A stretch of 64,000 nt of DNA from Squalus acanthias (GCA_030390025.1 JASTWF010000036.1:2232001-2296000), one strand, 5' to 3'. Positions 11,598 through 23,102 are shown, counted from the stretch's first letter. A program made the numbers and translations. The notes: generated by a model from the sequence alone, not told the origin.

Positions 11598-13065
11598 GGT
11601 AGCATGTTCAGCCATGAACGCATTGAATGGCGGTGCAGGCTCGAAGGACCGAATGGTCGACTCCTGTACCTATTTTCTATGTTTCTATGTTTCTATGTTA
11701 AAATCACTAAGGTTGAGCAGCAAGTGTTAGGAGCCTGGAAGCACTCAAGGTGAGTTACTGAGCTGGGCAGAAACTGGGCGTGCCTCTGGGTGGGTTAGGC
11801 AGCGGCCCAATGAGACTCTGGGTGTGAGGAGACAGCTTTCAGAAAAAGCACTTTTCTCTTGTGGTGTTGCTCAAGTTTGGCTGCACTTCAGACAGTCTTG
11901 AGGCCGAACTCAAGCTCCAGGCCCCGACAGAGGTTTGGTCTCAGAGTGGAGGGGGGGGTTGGGGGGGAATATTTAATGGCACACAGTCCCAACAGCAGTT
12001 AGACAATTCTATTAGTAAGTCAAAATCGTTTTTACAAGCTACGTAACTTTTGTTTACATATTTGTTAGGCTAGAAATTGTATTTTGTTACCTCTGTGTTG
12101 TCAGCTCGCTGAGGAATCAAAATGGCAGCCAAAAAGATTTTCTAAAAGTATTTAATTGGTTTCCCCCTGCTGCCTTTTGCCAGTTATTTTATTGGTAGCT
12201 GATTGCTGACGGATTTTTGATTGGCAGTTTCTTGTCCCCACTCGCTAAGTATAGATCGATAGATTCATTACCCATTCAGTTACAATTGCTTGCTGGTCTA
12301 CGAGCGTAATATTTGAGTCCATCAGGTGCAAGTGTGACGACGCTGACATCCAAAATTTATAGGCAATTTACTGACCTCTAATTGACCTTAGCTACACTGA
12401 TTAGCAGCTGCAATGACTTGAATTCCCACAGGGAGTTGAGCAATTGCTTTAAAAAGGACAGGCCAGATGAGTATCTGAACATTATAACTGTGTTGCTGGT
12501 TGTGAGCAACGGCAGAACCTCAAAAAAAGAGGTTTGGAGTCCATGACATTTTAGATGTCCCACTTCCAAGTGTGAAAATACATTTTTTTTTAAAGGAAAG
12601 ATTGGTTCTTCTGATCTGGAGCTAAAGATTTACAACCACCTGCCAATCTGTACAATTCCCTCACCAACAGTACTTAATCTCTAATTTATCTCACGATCTG
12701 CCAAGTTGCAGCAATTAGACTTTGAATAAAAGGGATAGGCCACTTTAAACACAGCTCTCCTTAGCAGCAGAATAATACAGTTTGCATGACCTGGTATAAC
12801 ATTCTTCTCATCATAGAATCAGTGTGCCATCCAATTTCCTGTGAGCAATATAATTCCCTTTGATTAAAATCAAAATGTATGACAATCACCAAACTTACAG
12901 CAGCTTCAGCTATGGGACTGAGGTTCAAATCCAGCCCAGATGGGACACAGGTCTGCTCGCTGTGAGGTTCTTCCAGCTATCAGTTCAGATAGAAGTGGTT
13001 TGGGCTGATTGGAATTATATGGAGTAAGAGATGGTTTAGTCCATTGCAACTTCTGACAGTGGGAA

Positions 13066-13340
13066 TGGGAAGTGGTTTGGTCCATTGGAATTCTATCGAA
13101 TGGGAAGTGGTTTGGTCCATTGGAATTCTATCGAATGGGAAGTGGTTTGGTCCATTGGAATTCTATCAAATGGGAAGTGGTTTGGTCCATTGCAATTCTA
13201 TAGGATGGAAAGTGGTTTGGTCCATTGCAATTCTATCGAATGGGAAGTGGTTTGGTCCATTGGAATTCTATAGGATGGAAAGTGGTTTGGTCCATTGAAA
13301 TTCTATAGGATGGGAAGTGGTTTGACATACTGGAATTCTA
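13066..13340. repeat. 35-bp minisatellite, ~7.5 units plus degenerate flanking units
   Basis: Unit TGGGAAGTGGTTTGGTCCATTGGAATTCTATCGAA starting at 13066, 13101, 13136, 13171, 13206, 13241, 13276 and 13311. Confidence 0.95.
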
Positions 13341-14109
13341 TTCAGCAGGAATGGGAAGCGGCCAGTCCAGTAGAATACTATAGTATGCAGTTTGATTCTG
13401 TACAATGCAAACTGGAAATGGTGTTATATGTCAAAATTCTAGCTCATGGGAATGGGAAGCAATTGGCTCCATTGGAATGTTATGCTTGGACCAGGTGTGT
13501 ACTCAACTGACAATACTTTGTCTGTTCTTTCAACTGCAACTTTCTATTTAGAATCATTGTGTTAATTTTATACCCTGGCCATGTGCCAATACATAAAGGA
13601 AATGATGGATGCACATTACTCCAAGTCACTTTCGAGTAATTTGCTCCACTATGCTTGTTTACAATGTTCAATAGGAGCAGAATGCCTTTTCCATTTTTAT
13701 TTATAATTTCAGTGCAATTTTTTTTACCACACCTTTTGACCTAAATGTGGAAGTGAGGTTTCAGTGAACAAAGTCTTGTAAAATGAGAACATTTTAATAT
13801 CCGGTTGTAATGGTTATGAAATAACAGCTTCAAAGTTACAGTGGCCCCCTTGTTCAGGTAGACCATTTTATTTCAAATAGATGTTTCGGTGCATTTTTGT
13901 GGTCATCTTGGCAAGATATGTTGGCTGGGGAAGGGGACAAAGTTTCCCGGTGTCAGCATTAAGCACTCCCAAAGCAGCCAGCTGTAGACTGAAGTGCCTT
14001 CCTCTTTGGCCGAACAATGTGTCTTAACTTTAACTTCAAAAGGAACAGCCCCCTTCCTTAACTATACCCATTTTTTGTTTCCCACGCCAACCACTCTTGG
14101 GGGCTCCAT

Positions 14110-14507
14110 CAGTCAGATCGTGGGTTTGAGGCCCACTCCAGAGACTTGAGCTCATAATCTAGGCTGACACTCCCAGTGTCAGTACTGAGGGAGTGCTACA
14201 CTGTCGGAGGTGCTGTCTTTAGGATGAGACATTAAACCGAGGCCCTGTCTGCCATGGCACTACTCAATTAGGAGATGGGGAGTTCTCCCAGTGTCCCGGC
14301 CAATATTTGTCACTCAACCAACATCACTAGAACAGATAATCTGGTCATTTATCTAATGGGTATTTGGGGGATCTTGCTGTGCACAAATTGGCTGCCACAT
14401 TTCCCTACATTACAACAATGACCCGACTTCAAAAGCATTTCATTGGCTGTGAAGCACGTTGGCACCTCCTGAGGCTGTGAGAGGCAATATCAAATGGAAG
14501 TTATTTC
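14110..14507 (+). mobile_element. DeuSINE (SacSINE1-like)
   Basis: CCCACTCCAGAGACTTGAGC...GGCTGACACTCC...Deu domain...L2-like tail. Confidence 0.85.
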
Positions 14508-14835
14508 TCTCTTGACCAATTTAGTGCCAAATTATGGATATCTATTGCTGTGGGCCCATGCCAATTGGGAACGGTGCCAAGGAATGGTGGGATCTCATTT
14601 CGCATTGTAGCAAGTTCCCAATCTGAACCCTGCCAGTACAAGGAAGGTGGCAAGGCACGGACAAGGGAAACCAAAAAAAAAATCAGCAGAGTGCTCTTGT
14701 GGATTGCTTACCCTAAGGTTGCTCATGCATCTACCACTCTTATGAATGGCACTAGCACAAGCCTAGAAGCAGATCACTTACTCAAACTTTGAGCGAGAGA
14801 ATAATGTGCAGTATAATGGAGAGGAAAGTCTAAAT

Positions 14836-15505
14836 GGTCCGGAATTTTGTCGTAACCTTACTGCAAGTGCGACGGAAAAGCCCATTTACATGTAGAAACA
14901 GGCTTTCTGATGCACTTCCGGCGAATGAAAGGTGCGCAATGGCAGAAAGTCTGAGGAAATTCGGAAACGTTTGCCCAGAATTTGCTCCCAAAATAACAGT
15001 GAGTTCCATGTGCTCGCCGTTATTAGTGTGAAAATCGACCAGCAACTTGTGGCGAGGAAGCGATACCCCATGAGTTGCGAATTGCCACAGGTTGCTGGAG
15101 GATTTGCGCCCCTCCGCCGTTAGCCTCACGAAAACGGCAGCTCGTCCTCAACCTCCCCGCGAGTTTAAAGAAATTGCTGCATTTGCGCATTAATTGCCCG
15201 TTAAACGCGCCGCAGAAAGTTAGGGCTGGTACTGAACAGCTTAAGTACCTTTTTAATGACAAGATTTATGTCCCTGCAATGCCACTCAACCTCTCCGGCC
15301 CAGAAAGGGAACAATTGAAACTGTGGAGTCTCATTCCTGCAGGTAGTAAATTGTTCTTAAAGAATTTAAAAATTTTTAATTTTTACATTTTTCGCTTACT
15401 TTTCCTTTCTGTCTCTTTTCTCTCTCTCTATTAATCCAATCTTTATTTCACTCTCTTTATTTCTCTTTCTGTACCTGATTTGACACTAATTCACTCACAC
15501 TAATT
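14836..15505. mobile_element. Probable Harbinger-type non-autonomous element fragment
   Basis: Begins GGTCCGGAATTTT; CpG-rich subterminal region like other Harbinger MITEs here. Second TIR not found. Confidence 0.4.
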
Positions 15506-15722
15506 CACCCAACTCTCTGTGTAAAGAAGTTTCTCCTGCCCTCTGTTCTAAATCTCTTGCATTTAATCATGTATCTGTAACCCCTCGATCTAGACCCTTC
15601 AACTACTGCAAACACTCTCCTTCCATCTACTCTGTCCCACCCTTTCATAATTTTAAACACTTCCACGATATCACCCTATAATCTGCATTGTTCCAATGGG
15701 GAAAAGACCCAATTTTCCAAGT

Positions 15723-16176
15723 ACCAGAGCCACTGGGAGTGAAGGAGGTGTGGGCTGGTGCTTGGGGTAGAGATCCCCTATTGGTACATGGTCAGCAGAG
15801 TGGTCCGCACCCCTGGGGTCTACCTACCTTTCTTCTGCCACATTCCCGGGCCACAGGAACCTTCTCTTTGCCAGATTTGCCATGCTCCCCCCGCCTCTGC
15901 TATTCTGCTGTAACCATTTACACCTCCTCTGGACCCATTGCCACCCACTTTCACCTCGCACCATCATCCCTTTTGTCATTTAATCTCTCCTGCCCTCCAA
16001 CCCATCAAAGACCATCCCTTTTGTTCTTTTCCTCCCCCCTTTCCCTGGTTCTTTACTGGCTTAAAATATGTTCATCTCTGACATCTTCCAGTTCTGATGA
16101 AAGGTCATCGACCTGAAATGTTAACTCTGTTTCTCGCTCCAAAAATGCTGCCTGACCTGCATTTTCTGTTTCCATT
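15723..16176 (+). mobile_element. Penelope-like 3' fragment (family A)
   Basis: Matches 30250-30570; 15-bp TSD CCCAATTTTCCAAGT / CCCAATTTTTCAAGT (15708-15722, 16177-16191). Confidence 0.8.
16090..16126 (+). ncRNA. Minimal type-I hammerhead ribozyme (family A)
   Basis: AGTT-CTGATGA-A-AGGTC(ATC)GACCT-GAAA-TG-TT-AACT: stem I AGTT/AACT, conserved core, stem II; helix III altered (ATGT instead of ACGT). Confidence 0.75.
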
Positions 16177-16237
16177 CCCAATTTTTCAAGTCTTTCTTTG
16201 TAGTTGTATTTCCATATACCAGGCAGCATCCTAGTAA

Positions 16238-17538
16238 TAATGGTCGAAGGGTGTTTTTTGTGACTGGAAGGCTGTTTCCAGTGGGGTTCCGCGGGGCTCA
16301 GTACTGGGTCCTTTTGCTTTTTGTGGTATATATCAATGATTTGGACTTGAATGTAGGAAGTATGATTAAGAAGTTTGCAGATGATACAAAAATTGACCAT
16401 GTGGTTGATACTGAAGAAGAAAGCTGCAGACGGCAGGAAGATATCAGTGGACTGGTCAGGTGGGCAGAACAGTGGCAAATGGAATTCAATCTGGAGAAGT
16501 GTGAGGTAATGCATTTGGGGAGGGCTAACAAGGCAAGGGAATACACAATAAATGGTAGGACACTGAGAAGTGCAGAAGATCAGAGGGACCTTGGAGTTCA
16601 TGACCACAGATCCCAGAAGGTAGCAGGACAGGTAGATAAGGTGGTTAAGAAGGCATACGGGATACTGTTGAGGCTGCCGCGAAACACGAATTAAGGCTGA
16701 ATCCATGTGTGGAAAAAGAGAGACTTTAATGCAACTGCATGGTACAAAATGGCTGAACCGACTGCTCCCAGAATTCTCTGGAAAAATCCTGAGGCCCCGC
16801 CCACTCCTGCCTTAAAGGTAAGGTGCCTTAAAGGGAAGGTGCATCGATATATTGTCCACAGACGGAAAAGTGGGTAATACCCGTTTAGGTGGCGATCCGC
16901 CACAATACTTTCCTTTATTAGCTGAGGCATAGAATATAAGAGCAGGGAGGTTATGCTTGAACTGTATAAAACACTAGTTCGGTCGCAGCTAGAATACTGC
17001 ATGCAGTTCTAGTCACCACATTACAGGAAGGATGTGATTGCACTAGAGGGGGTGGAGAGGAGATTTACGAGGATGTTGCCTGGGCTGGGGAATTTTAGCT
17101 ATGAGGAAAGATTGGATAGGCTGGGGTTGTTTTCTTTGGAACAGAGGAGGCTAAGGGGAGACTTGATTGAGGTGTATAAAATTATGAAGGGCCTAGATAG
17201 AGTGGATAGGAAGGACCTATTTCCCTTAGCAGAACAGTTAATAACCAGGGGGCATAGATTTAAAGTAATTGGTAAAAGGATTAGAGGGGATTTGAGGAGA
17301 AATGTTTTCACCCAGAGGGTGGTGGGGGTCTGGAACTCACTGCCTGAAAGGGTGGTAGAGGCAGAGACCCTCATCATATTTTAAAAATACTTGGATATGC
17401 ACTTGAAGTGCCATAACCTACAGGGCTACAGACCAAGGGCTGGAGAGTGGGATTAGGCTGGAGAGCTCTTTGTTGGCTGGCACGGACAAGATGGGCCAAA
17501 TGGCCTCCTTCTGTGCTGTAACATTCTATGATTCTATG
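16238..17538 (+). mobile_element. CR1 3' fragment (RT C-terminus)
   Basis: INDLD...KFADDTKI...WQMEFN and (TTCTATGA)n tail; interrupted by a solo LTR. Confidence 0.9.
16666..16904 (-). mobile_element. Solo LTR (239 bp), Gypsy-like
   Basis: TGT...ACA ends, exact 4-bp TSD ATAC (16662-16665, 16905-16908); interrupts the CR1 frame. ATTAAA on the minus strand suggests orientation. Confidence 0.85.
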
Positions 17539-18053
17539 ATGATAAATCTGTATTGTACCCTCTCCAAAACCTCAATATCCTTCCTATAGTGTGAAACCCA
17601 ATACTGCACACAGTATTCTAACCGTGGTCTTCTTAAGGTTTTATATAGACTCATTATTACTTCTTGTTTTTTATATTCTATATATCAAGATAAAACTGAG
17701 AATTCCATCAGCTTTTTTTTATGGCCTTATCAACCCAAGATGCTGCCTTTCATGAAATCCCTCTGCTCTTCCACGGTACCGAGTCTACTTCCATTCAGAA
17801 TATAACTACTGCTGTTATTTGCTTTACCAAAATGCATCACCTCACACTTACTAACATTGAGTTACATCTGCCACTTTTTAGCCCATTCTCCCATCTTATC
17901 AGTTTCCTTTGGTCTTCTAAAGAATTGACTATGCCACCTTTTTTGATAACATCTGAACCTTCCCATACCATTCGCTCTAGGTCTATATTCAAATGATTGA
18001 TGTACACAGCGAGCAGAAGTGGCCCCAGAATTGAACTGTGAGGGACGCCACTA

Positions 18054-18204
18054 AACATGAGGGAGAAAGGAATAGAAGGATACGTTGAGGGGGCTAGATG
18101 AAGAAGGGCAGGAATAGGCTCGTGTGCAGCATAAACACTGACATGGACCTGTTGAGCCAAATGGCCTGTTTCTGTGCTGTACATTCTATGTAATACTATG
18201 TAAT
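18054..18204 (+). mobile_element. CR1 3' tail
   Basis: ...GGCCTGTTTCTGTGCTGTACATTCTATGTAATACTATG. Confidence 0.75.
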
Positions 18205-18258
18205 ACACTGAAAAAATTCCCCTTAACTCCGACTCCCTGTTTTCTCCCTTCTAATCCA

Positions 18259-18610
18259 TAGAAGAATCATAGAATCATAGAAGTTGGTGTCTGTGTCTGT
18301 GCCGGCTGAGAAAAAGCTATCCAGCCTAATCCCACTTTCCAGCTCTCGGTCTGTAGCCCTGTAGGTTACGGCGCTTCGAGTGTATATCCAAGTACTTTTT
18401 AAATGTGATGAGGGTTCCTGCCTCTACCACCCTTTCAGGCAGTGAGTTCCAGACCCCCACCACCCTCTGGGTGAAGAAAGTTCTCCTCAACTCCCCTCTA
18501 ATCCTTCTACCAATTACTTTAAATCTATGCCCCCTGGTTATTGACCTCTCTGCTAAGGGAAATAGGTCCTTCCGATCCACTCTATCGAGGCCCCTCATCA
18601 TTTTATACAG
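18259..18610 (-). mobile_element. CR1 3' fragment
   Basis: Same family as 16238-17538; TAATCCA repeated on both sides. Confidence 0.85.
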
Positions 18611-20109
18611 TTTAATCCAATTTGCTATCCTCCTGCTAAATCCATACCCCTGAATCTTCTCTAATAATCTCCTGTGTGGAACCTTGTCAAAGGCTTTCAT
18701 ACAGTCCATTCACTGCATTTCCCGCTTCTACCATGTCTATTACCGTCTCAAAGAATTCTATGAGGTTTGTCAAGCACGACGCCCTTTTGAAATCCATGCT
18801 GGCTACTGCTAACTATTTTCTCTTTATTTAGATACATGGTAATTTCATCCCTAATTAAAGGCTCTAAACTTTTCCCTACCACAGATGTTAAGCTAACTGG
18901 CCTGTAATTACCTGGGTTAGCTCTGTCTCCCTTTATAAAAATGGGTATTACATTGGCTATTCTCCAGTCCTTCGATACACATCCACTCTCAATACAGCCC
19001 TGAAATATCATTTCTGGGACCTCGGCAACTTCCTCCCTCATCTCCCACAGGATCCAAGATGTATCCTGTTGGGGCCTGGTGCTTTGTTTTCCTTCAGCCT
19101 AACTAAAATGTTCCTGTTATCCATCATAATATCGCTCATCTCCCTCTCAACCACTGCAGGATTCATCTCCTCTCAGTCATCCTTCTCTTTAGTAATGACC
19201 GATGCAAAGTACTTATTACATACCTCCGCCATTTTCTGATCATCATCTAGAAATTGACAATCCTCTCAGGGATGTCACCTCGGTTTTAGCAATTCTCTTC
19301 TTACTGATATACTTGTAAAATGCTTTACTGTTCCTTTTGATGGTTTTTGAGATTGTTTTCCTGATGCTTCCTCTTCGTTTTCCTCATCCTGCTCTTCAAC
19401 CCTTTTTTAAAAATGTTTTCATATTCTTCTTTAGTCTTTTTCATTATCATTCTTATAGTCCATATCAACCCTCTTCTTCAATTTTGAAATCCATGCTAGC
19501 TACTTTTAACAGACCTGGTTTCCTGGAGAGGCAGAGAGGTTTAGGGAGGGAATTCCACAGCTTAGGACCTCAGCAGCTGAAGGTACGGCCCTCAATGGTG
19601 GGGCGAAGGAAGTGGGGGATGAAAAAGGGAAAGATTTCAAGAAATGGATAGTACAGAGGAGTTTCTGACCGATTGCGTGGGTGTATCATTCAACGCAGAG
19701 GAGAAGAGGGCAGCCCTGGACTGGAGAAAGCTCAGGAGACATACAACTCACATGATGTCCTGCTTCAGGAAGTGGGTATACCACAGCAAAGTCAGTTCCA
19801 CGGGCATTGCAGATGAGCAGTGCATGAGTTCCAGGCTGACCAGGGCCACTGTGACTAAAGTGTACCATCTGGGCCAGATGCCCTGTCGGGATTGTCAACC
19901 ATCTGTTATCCATTACCAGCGGTCACCACTGCCTTCAACTCTTGTGTGACAGGGACCATCCAAGCACTCAGGAGTCAGACATTTTGTTTGTTTGCCTTTT
20001 GGATATCGGACAGTTTCTTTTCTGTACAATGAACAAAAGAACAGATTGCAGAAGGTACTAAAAGTAAATTGAATTTATTCAGTTGAGCAGTACTTGTGAC
20101 GTATGTGTC

Positions 20110-21097
20110 TTTTTTTTTCGTTCATGGGATGTGGGCCTCACTGGCAAGGCCAGCATTTATTGCCCATTTCTAAGAGAAGGTGGTGGTGAGCCGCCTTCTT
20201 GAACCGCTGCAGTCCGTGTGGTGATGGTACTCCCACAGTGCTGTTAGGGAGGGAGTTCAAGGATTTTGACCCAGCGACGATGAAGGAACGGCCGATATAC
20301 TTCCAAGTCAGGATGGTGTGTGACTTGGAGGGGAACTTGGAGGTGGTGGTGTTCCCATGCGCCTGCTGCCCTTGTCCTTCTAGGTGGAAACATAGAAACA
20401 TAGAATCTAGGAGCAGGAGTAGGCCATTCGGCCCGTCGAGCCTGCTCCGCCATTCAATACGATCATGGCTGATCATCCAAATCCAGTACCCTGTCCCTGC
20501 TTTAATCCCCACAGTATACATATCCCACCCTACCCCCGTAACCCCACGTATTTAATTCCCCCTAACATATCCCATCCTATCCCCATAACCCCACATATTT
20601 AATCCCCCCCTAACACTAAGGGTCAATTTATCATAGCCAAATCAACCTAACCCACACATTTTTGGACTGTGGGAGGAAACCGGAGCACCCGGAGGAAACC
20701 CACGCAGACACGGGGAGAATGTGCAAACTCCACACAGACAGTCACCCGAGGTCAGATTCGAACCCGGGTCCCTGGCGCTGTGAGGCACCAGTGCTAACCA
20801 CTATGCCACCGTGTTGCCCAGGTGAAGAGGTCATGGGTTTGGGAGGTGCTGCCGAAGAAGCCTTGGCGAGTTGCTGCAGTGCATCTTGTAGATGGTACAC
20901 ACTGCAGCCACGGTACGCCGGTGGTGGAGGGAGTGAATGTTTTAAGGTGGTGGATGGGGTGCCAATCAAGCGGGCTGCTTTGTCCTGGATGGTGTCGAGC
21001 TTCTTGAGTGTTGTTGGAGCTGCACTCATCCAGGCAAGCGGAGAGTATTCCATCACACTCCTTACTTGTGCCTTGTAGATGGTGGAAAGGCCTTGGG
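20110..21097 (-). mobile_element. LINE family B (CR1/L2-group) 3' fragment
   Basis: LSTIYKAQVRSVMEYSPLAWMSAAPTTLKKLDTIQDKAARLIG; same family as 36192-37698 and 43813-45514. Confidence 0.88.
20389..20819 (-). mobile_element. V-SINE (HE1-like) with CR1-derived tail
   Basis: tRNA-like head GGGCAACACGGTGGCATAGTGG...GGGTTCGAATC, V domain GTGGAGTTTGCACATTCTCCCCGTGTCTGCGTGGGTTTCCTCCGGGTGCTCCGGTTTCCTCCCACA, CR1 tail; TSD AGGTGGA/AGGTGAA. Confidence 0.9.
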
Positions 21098-21281
21098 CAT
21101 TGCATTGTCTAATCTGGATTTGGCCCTTGTGGCATGAACTGCGCCATGTTGCTTGTGTATGTGCACAACTACTAGTTGAGGGATCAACACTGGTGGATGA
21201 TGGTTGAATTGAGAGCTGCTGGTGATACAGAAGGCCTGTGATATGTATCTGCAGCAAACCATGACTTACATCAGTGCTGGC

Positions 21282-21646
21282 TAGGGTTGCCAACTCTGGT
21301 TGGATGTATTCCTGGAGGTTTCATCACATGACCTCCTGCCTCCCACTTCCCCACCCCCGCACTCCCATTGCTCTACCCAACAGATCCTTCCTGGTAGTAC
21401 AGCGCCTTCCCACGCCAACTGCACAGCGAACAGACTCAATTCTTGATTATCAAACAGCTTTTATTCCCCCAACTCCTGTATTTTTGGAACTAATAAACAA
21501 AAGTGTGCAAATAAAATGGGGAAAAAAAGCACAATTTCTTTCAATGCTCCGATGAATTTTCTCCCTGGTTGCTCGCAGCAGTGTCCGGGAGATTCATCTT
21601 CAATTCCTGGAGACTCATGGACAATCCTGGAGGGTTGGCAACCCTC
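21282..21646 (+). mobile_element. hAT-type MITE
   Basis: TIRs TAGGGTTGCCAAC / GTTGGCAACCCTC; degenerate 8-bp TSD; same family as 33354-34627. Confidence 0.8.
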
Positions 21647-22146
21647 GTGCCAGGGACTGCTTTACTGACGATGCTCTGAGCTCAGAGCACTGGCCACTCC
21701 CAGGCCACTCCACACATGCCGCTTTTGGAGGGCATTTCCCCATCATGCTGTATGAGCACAGAACATCAAGTTATTTTTTGTGTGTTAATACATTGTGGGA
21801 ATCTGTCATTTGCTTCAATGTGACCTGACACAAGAGCAGGCAATATCTCTATTGCAGTGCTGTAAATAAATCCAAAATGAACCAAATGTTGTGTCTCACT
21901 TTTGACAGGGTGCCTGACCCCTGCGACCTGACACCCTCCCTGACAAGGAGCAGTTTAGTATTAAACACAACAGCGCCAATACTGTGCTTTGACAGAAGTC
22001 TTGACCTCAAGACAGGGCATTGGATTCTAATTCCCGTCCCCTTGCTCTCCTTAAATCAAGATGCGGAGATGCCAGTGTTGGACTGGGGTGGACAAAAATG
22101 AGAAGTCGCACAACACCAGGTTATAGTCCAACAGTTTTATTTGAAA

Positions 22147-22183
22147 TTACCAGTTTTCGGAGCGCTGCTCCTTCGTCAGGTGA
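22147..22183 (-). ncRNA. Hammerhead ribozyme (family B), helix III/cleavage site mutated
   Basis: Reverse complement: TCAC-CTGACGA-A-GGAGC(AGC)GCTCC-GAAA-AC-TG-GTAA. Confidence 0.6.
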
Positions 22184-22255
22184 AGTCTGAGGGAATACAA
22201 GTCTATCTATGTCTATATATGCTTTGTAACTGATTTGTATTTGTATTCCCTCACT

Positions 22256-22292
22256 TCACCTGACGAAGGAGCAGCGCTCCGAAAGCTCGTAA
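22256..22292 (+). ncRNA. Minimal type-I hammerhead ribozyme (family B)
   Basis: TCAC-CTGACGA-A-GGAGC(AGC)GCTCC-GAAA-GC-TC-GTAA; palindromic helix III AGCT. Confidence 0.8.
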
Positions 22293-22636
22293 TTTCAAAT
22301 AAAACTGTTGGACTATAACCTGGTGTTGTGCGACTTCTCATTTTTGTCCTTAAATCAAGACTGGCTGTGTATGGAATCAAAGGTGATAATTGTAGGGTTA
22401 GGGGGTCACCAGCCTCATTCTAAGTGGGACTGCTTCAGATGTTGGCAACACTATCACATCTTCTTCTTGTGCGTTAAAAGCTTTGATTCAGTGACCTACT
22501 AGAATCTGACTACTTCAGTGGTTTTATTGGCCACTGTTCAAAATATGCTTACTGTCCAAGCTTTACAAAGACTGGTAATCATAGTCCCTATAAAGGAAGT
22601 ACACCTCCTGGGAGAGGTGCTGTGTTCACCAATAGT

Positions 22637-23102
22637 AAGAAAGACTTGCATTTCTATAGCGCCTTTCACGACCACTGGACGTCCCAAAGCGCTTTACAGC
22701 CAATGAAGTACTTTGGAAGTGGAGTCACTGTTGTAATGTGGGAAACGCAGCAGCCCAATTGCACACAGCAAGCTCCCACAAACAGCAATGTCACAATAAC
22801 CAGATAATCTGTTTTAGTGATGTTGGTTGAGGGATAAATATTGGCCGGGACACCAGGGAGAACTCCCCTGCTCTTCTTTGAAATAGTACCGTGGGATCTT
22901 TTACGTCCACCTGAAAGAGCAGACGGGGCCTCGGTTTAACGTCTCATCCAAAAGACGGCATCTCCAACAGTGCAGCGCTCCCTCAGCACTGCGCTGGAGT
23001 GTCAGCCTAGTTTTTTGTGCTCAAGTCCCTGGAGTGGGACTGTGAACCCACAACCTTCTGACTCAGAGGCGAGTGTGCTACCCACTGAGCCACGGCTGAC
23101 AC
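22637..23102 (-). mobile_element. Full-length DeuSINE (SacSINE1-like)
   Basis: tRNA-like head (GTGTCAGCCGTGGCTCAGTGGGTAGCAC...GGTTCA), Deu domain, tail AAAGGCGCTATAGAAATGCAAGTCTTTCTT. Confidence 0.92.

Larger units (their letters stand above)
7880..11698 (+). mobile_element. Nearly full-length, 5'-truncated CR1 LINE
   Basis: ORF1 esterase + ORF2 APE/RT + 3' UTR ending in (TTTCTATG)n at ~11673-11698. Confidence 0.95.
15510..19500 (-). mobile_element. Old CR1 ORF2 broken by nested insertions
   Basis: Collinear RT fragments at 15510-15722, 16177-16237, 17540-18053, 18205-18258 and 18610-19500 (e.g. [36 protein letters not shown]). Confidence 0.85.
22062..22346. mobile_element. Fold-back Penelope-type mini-element (family B) with two hammerheads
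   Basis: ~105-bp inverted arms around a short spacer; exact 14-bp direct repeat TCCTTAAATCAAGA (22048-22061, 22347-22360). Confidence 0.88.

Noticed and set aside
7870..11710. TSD for the long CR1 (AATCGCTCA vs AATCACTAA)
   Set aside because: Too mismatched for such a well-preserved element; not counted as evidence.
13066..13340. CRISPR-like 35-bp repeats
   Set aside because: Units are contiguous with no unique spacers, there are no cas genes, and the context is eukaryotic.
16053..16706. 217-aa ORF
   Set aside because: Chance read-through across antisense CR1, old CR1 and Penelope pieces.
19644..19949. 101-aa ORF / possible exon
   Set aside because: No recognisable domain; several frames are equally plausible and the acceptor is weak.
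20745..20819. tRNA gene
   Set aside because: tRNA-derived SINE head continuing into a V domain and LINE tail; the same applies to the DeuSINE heads.
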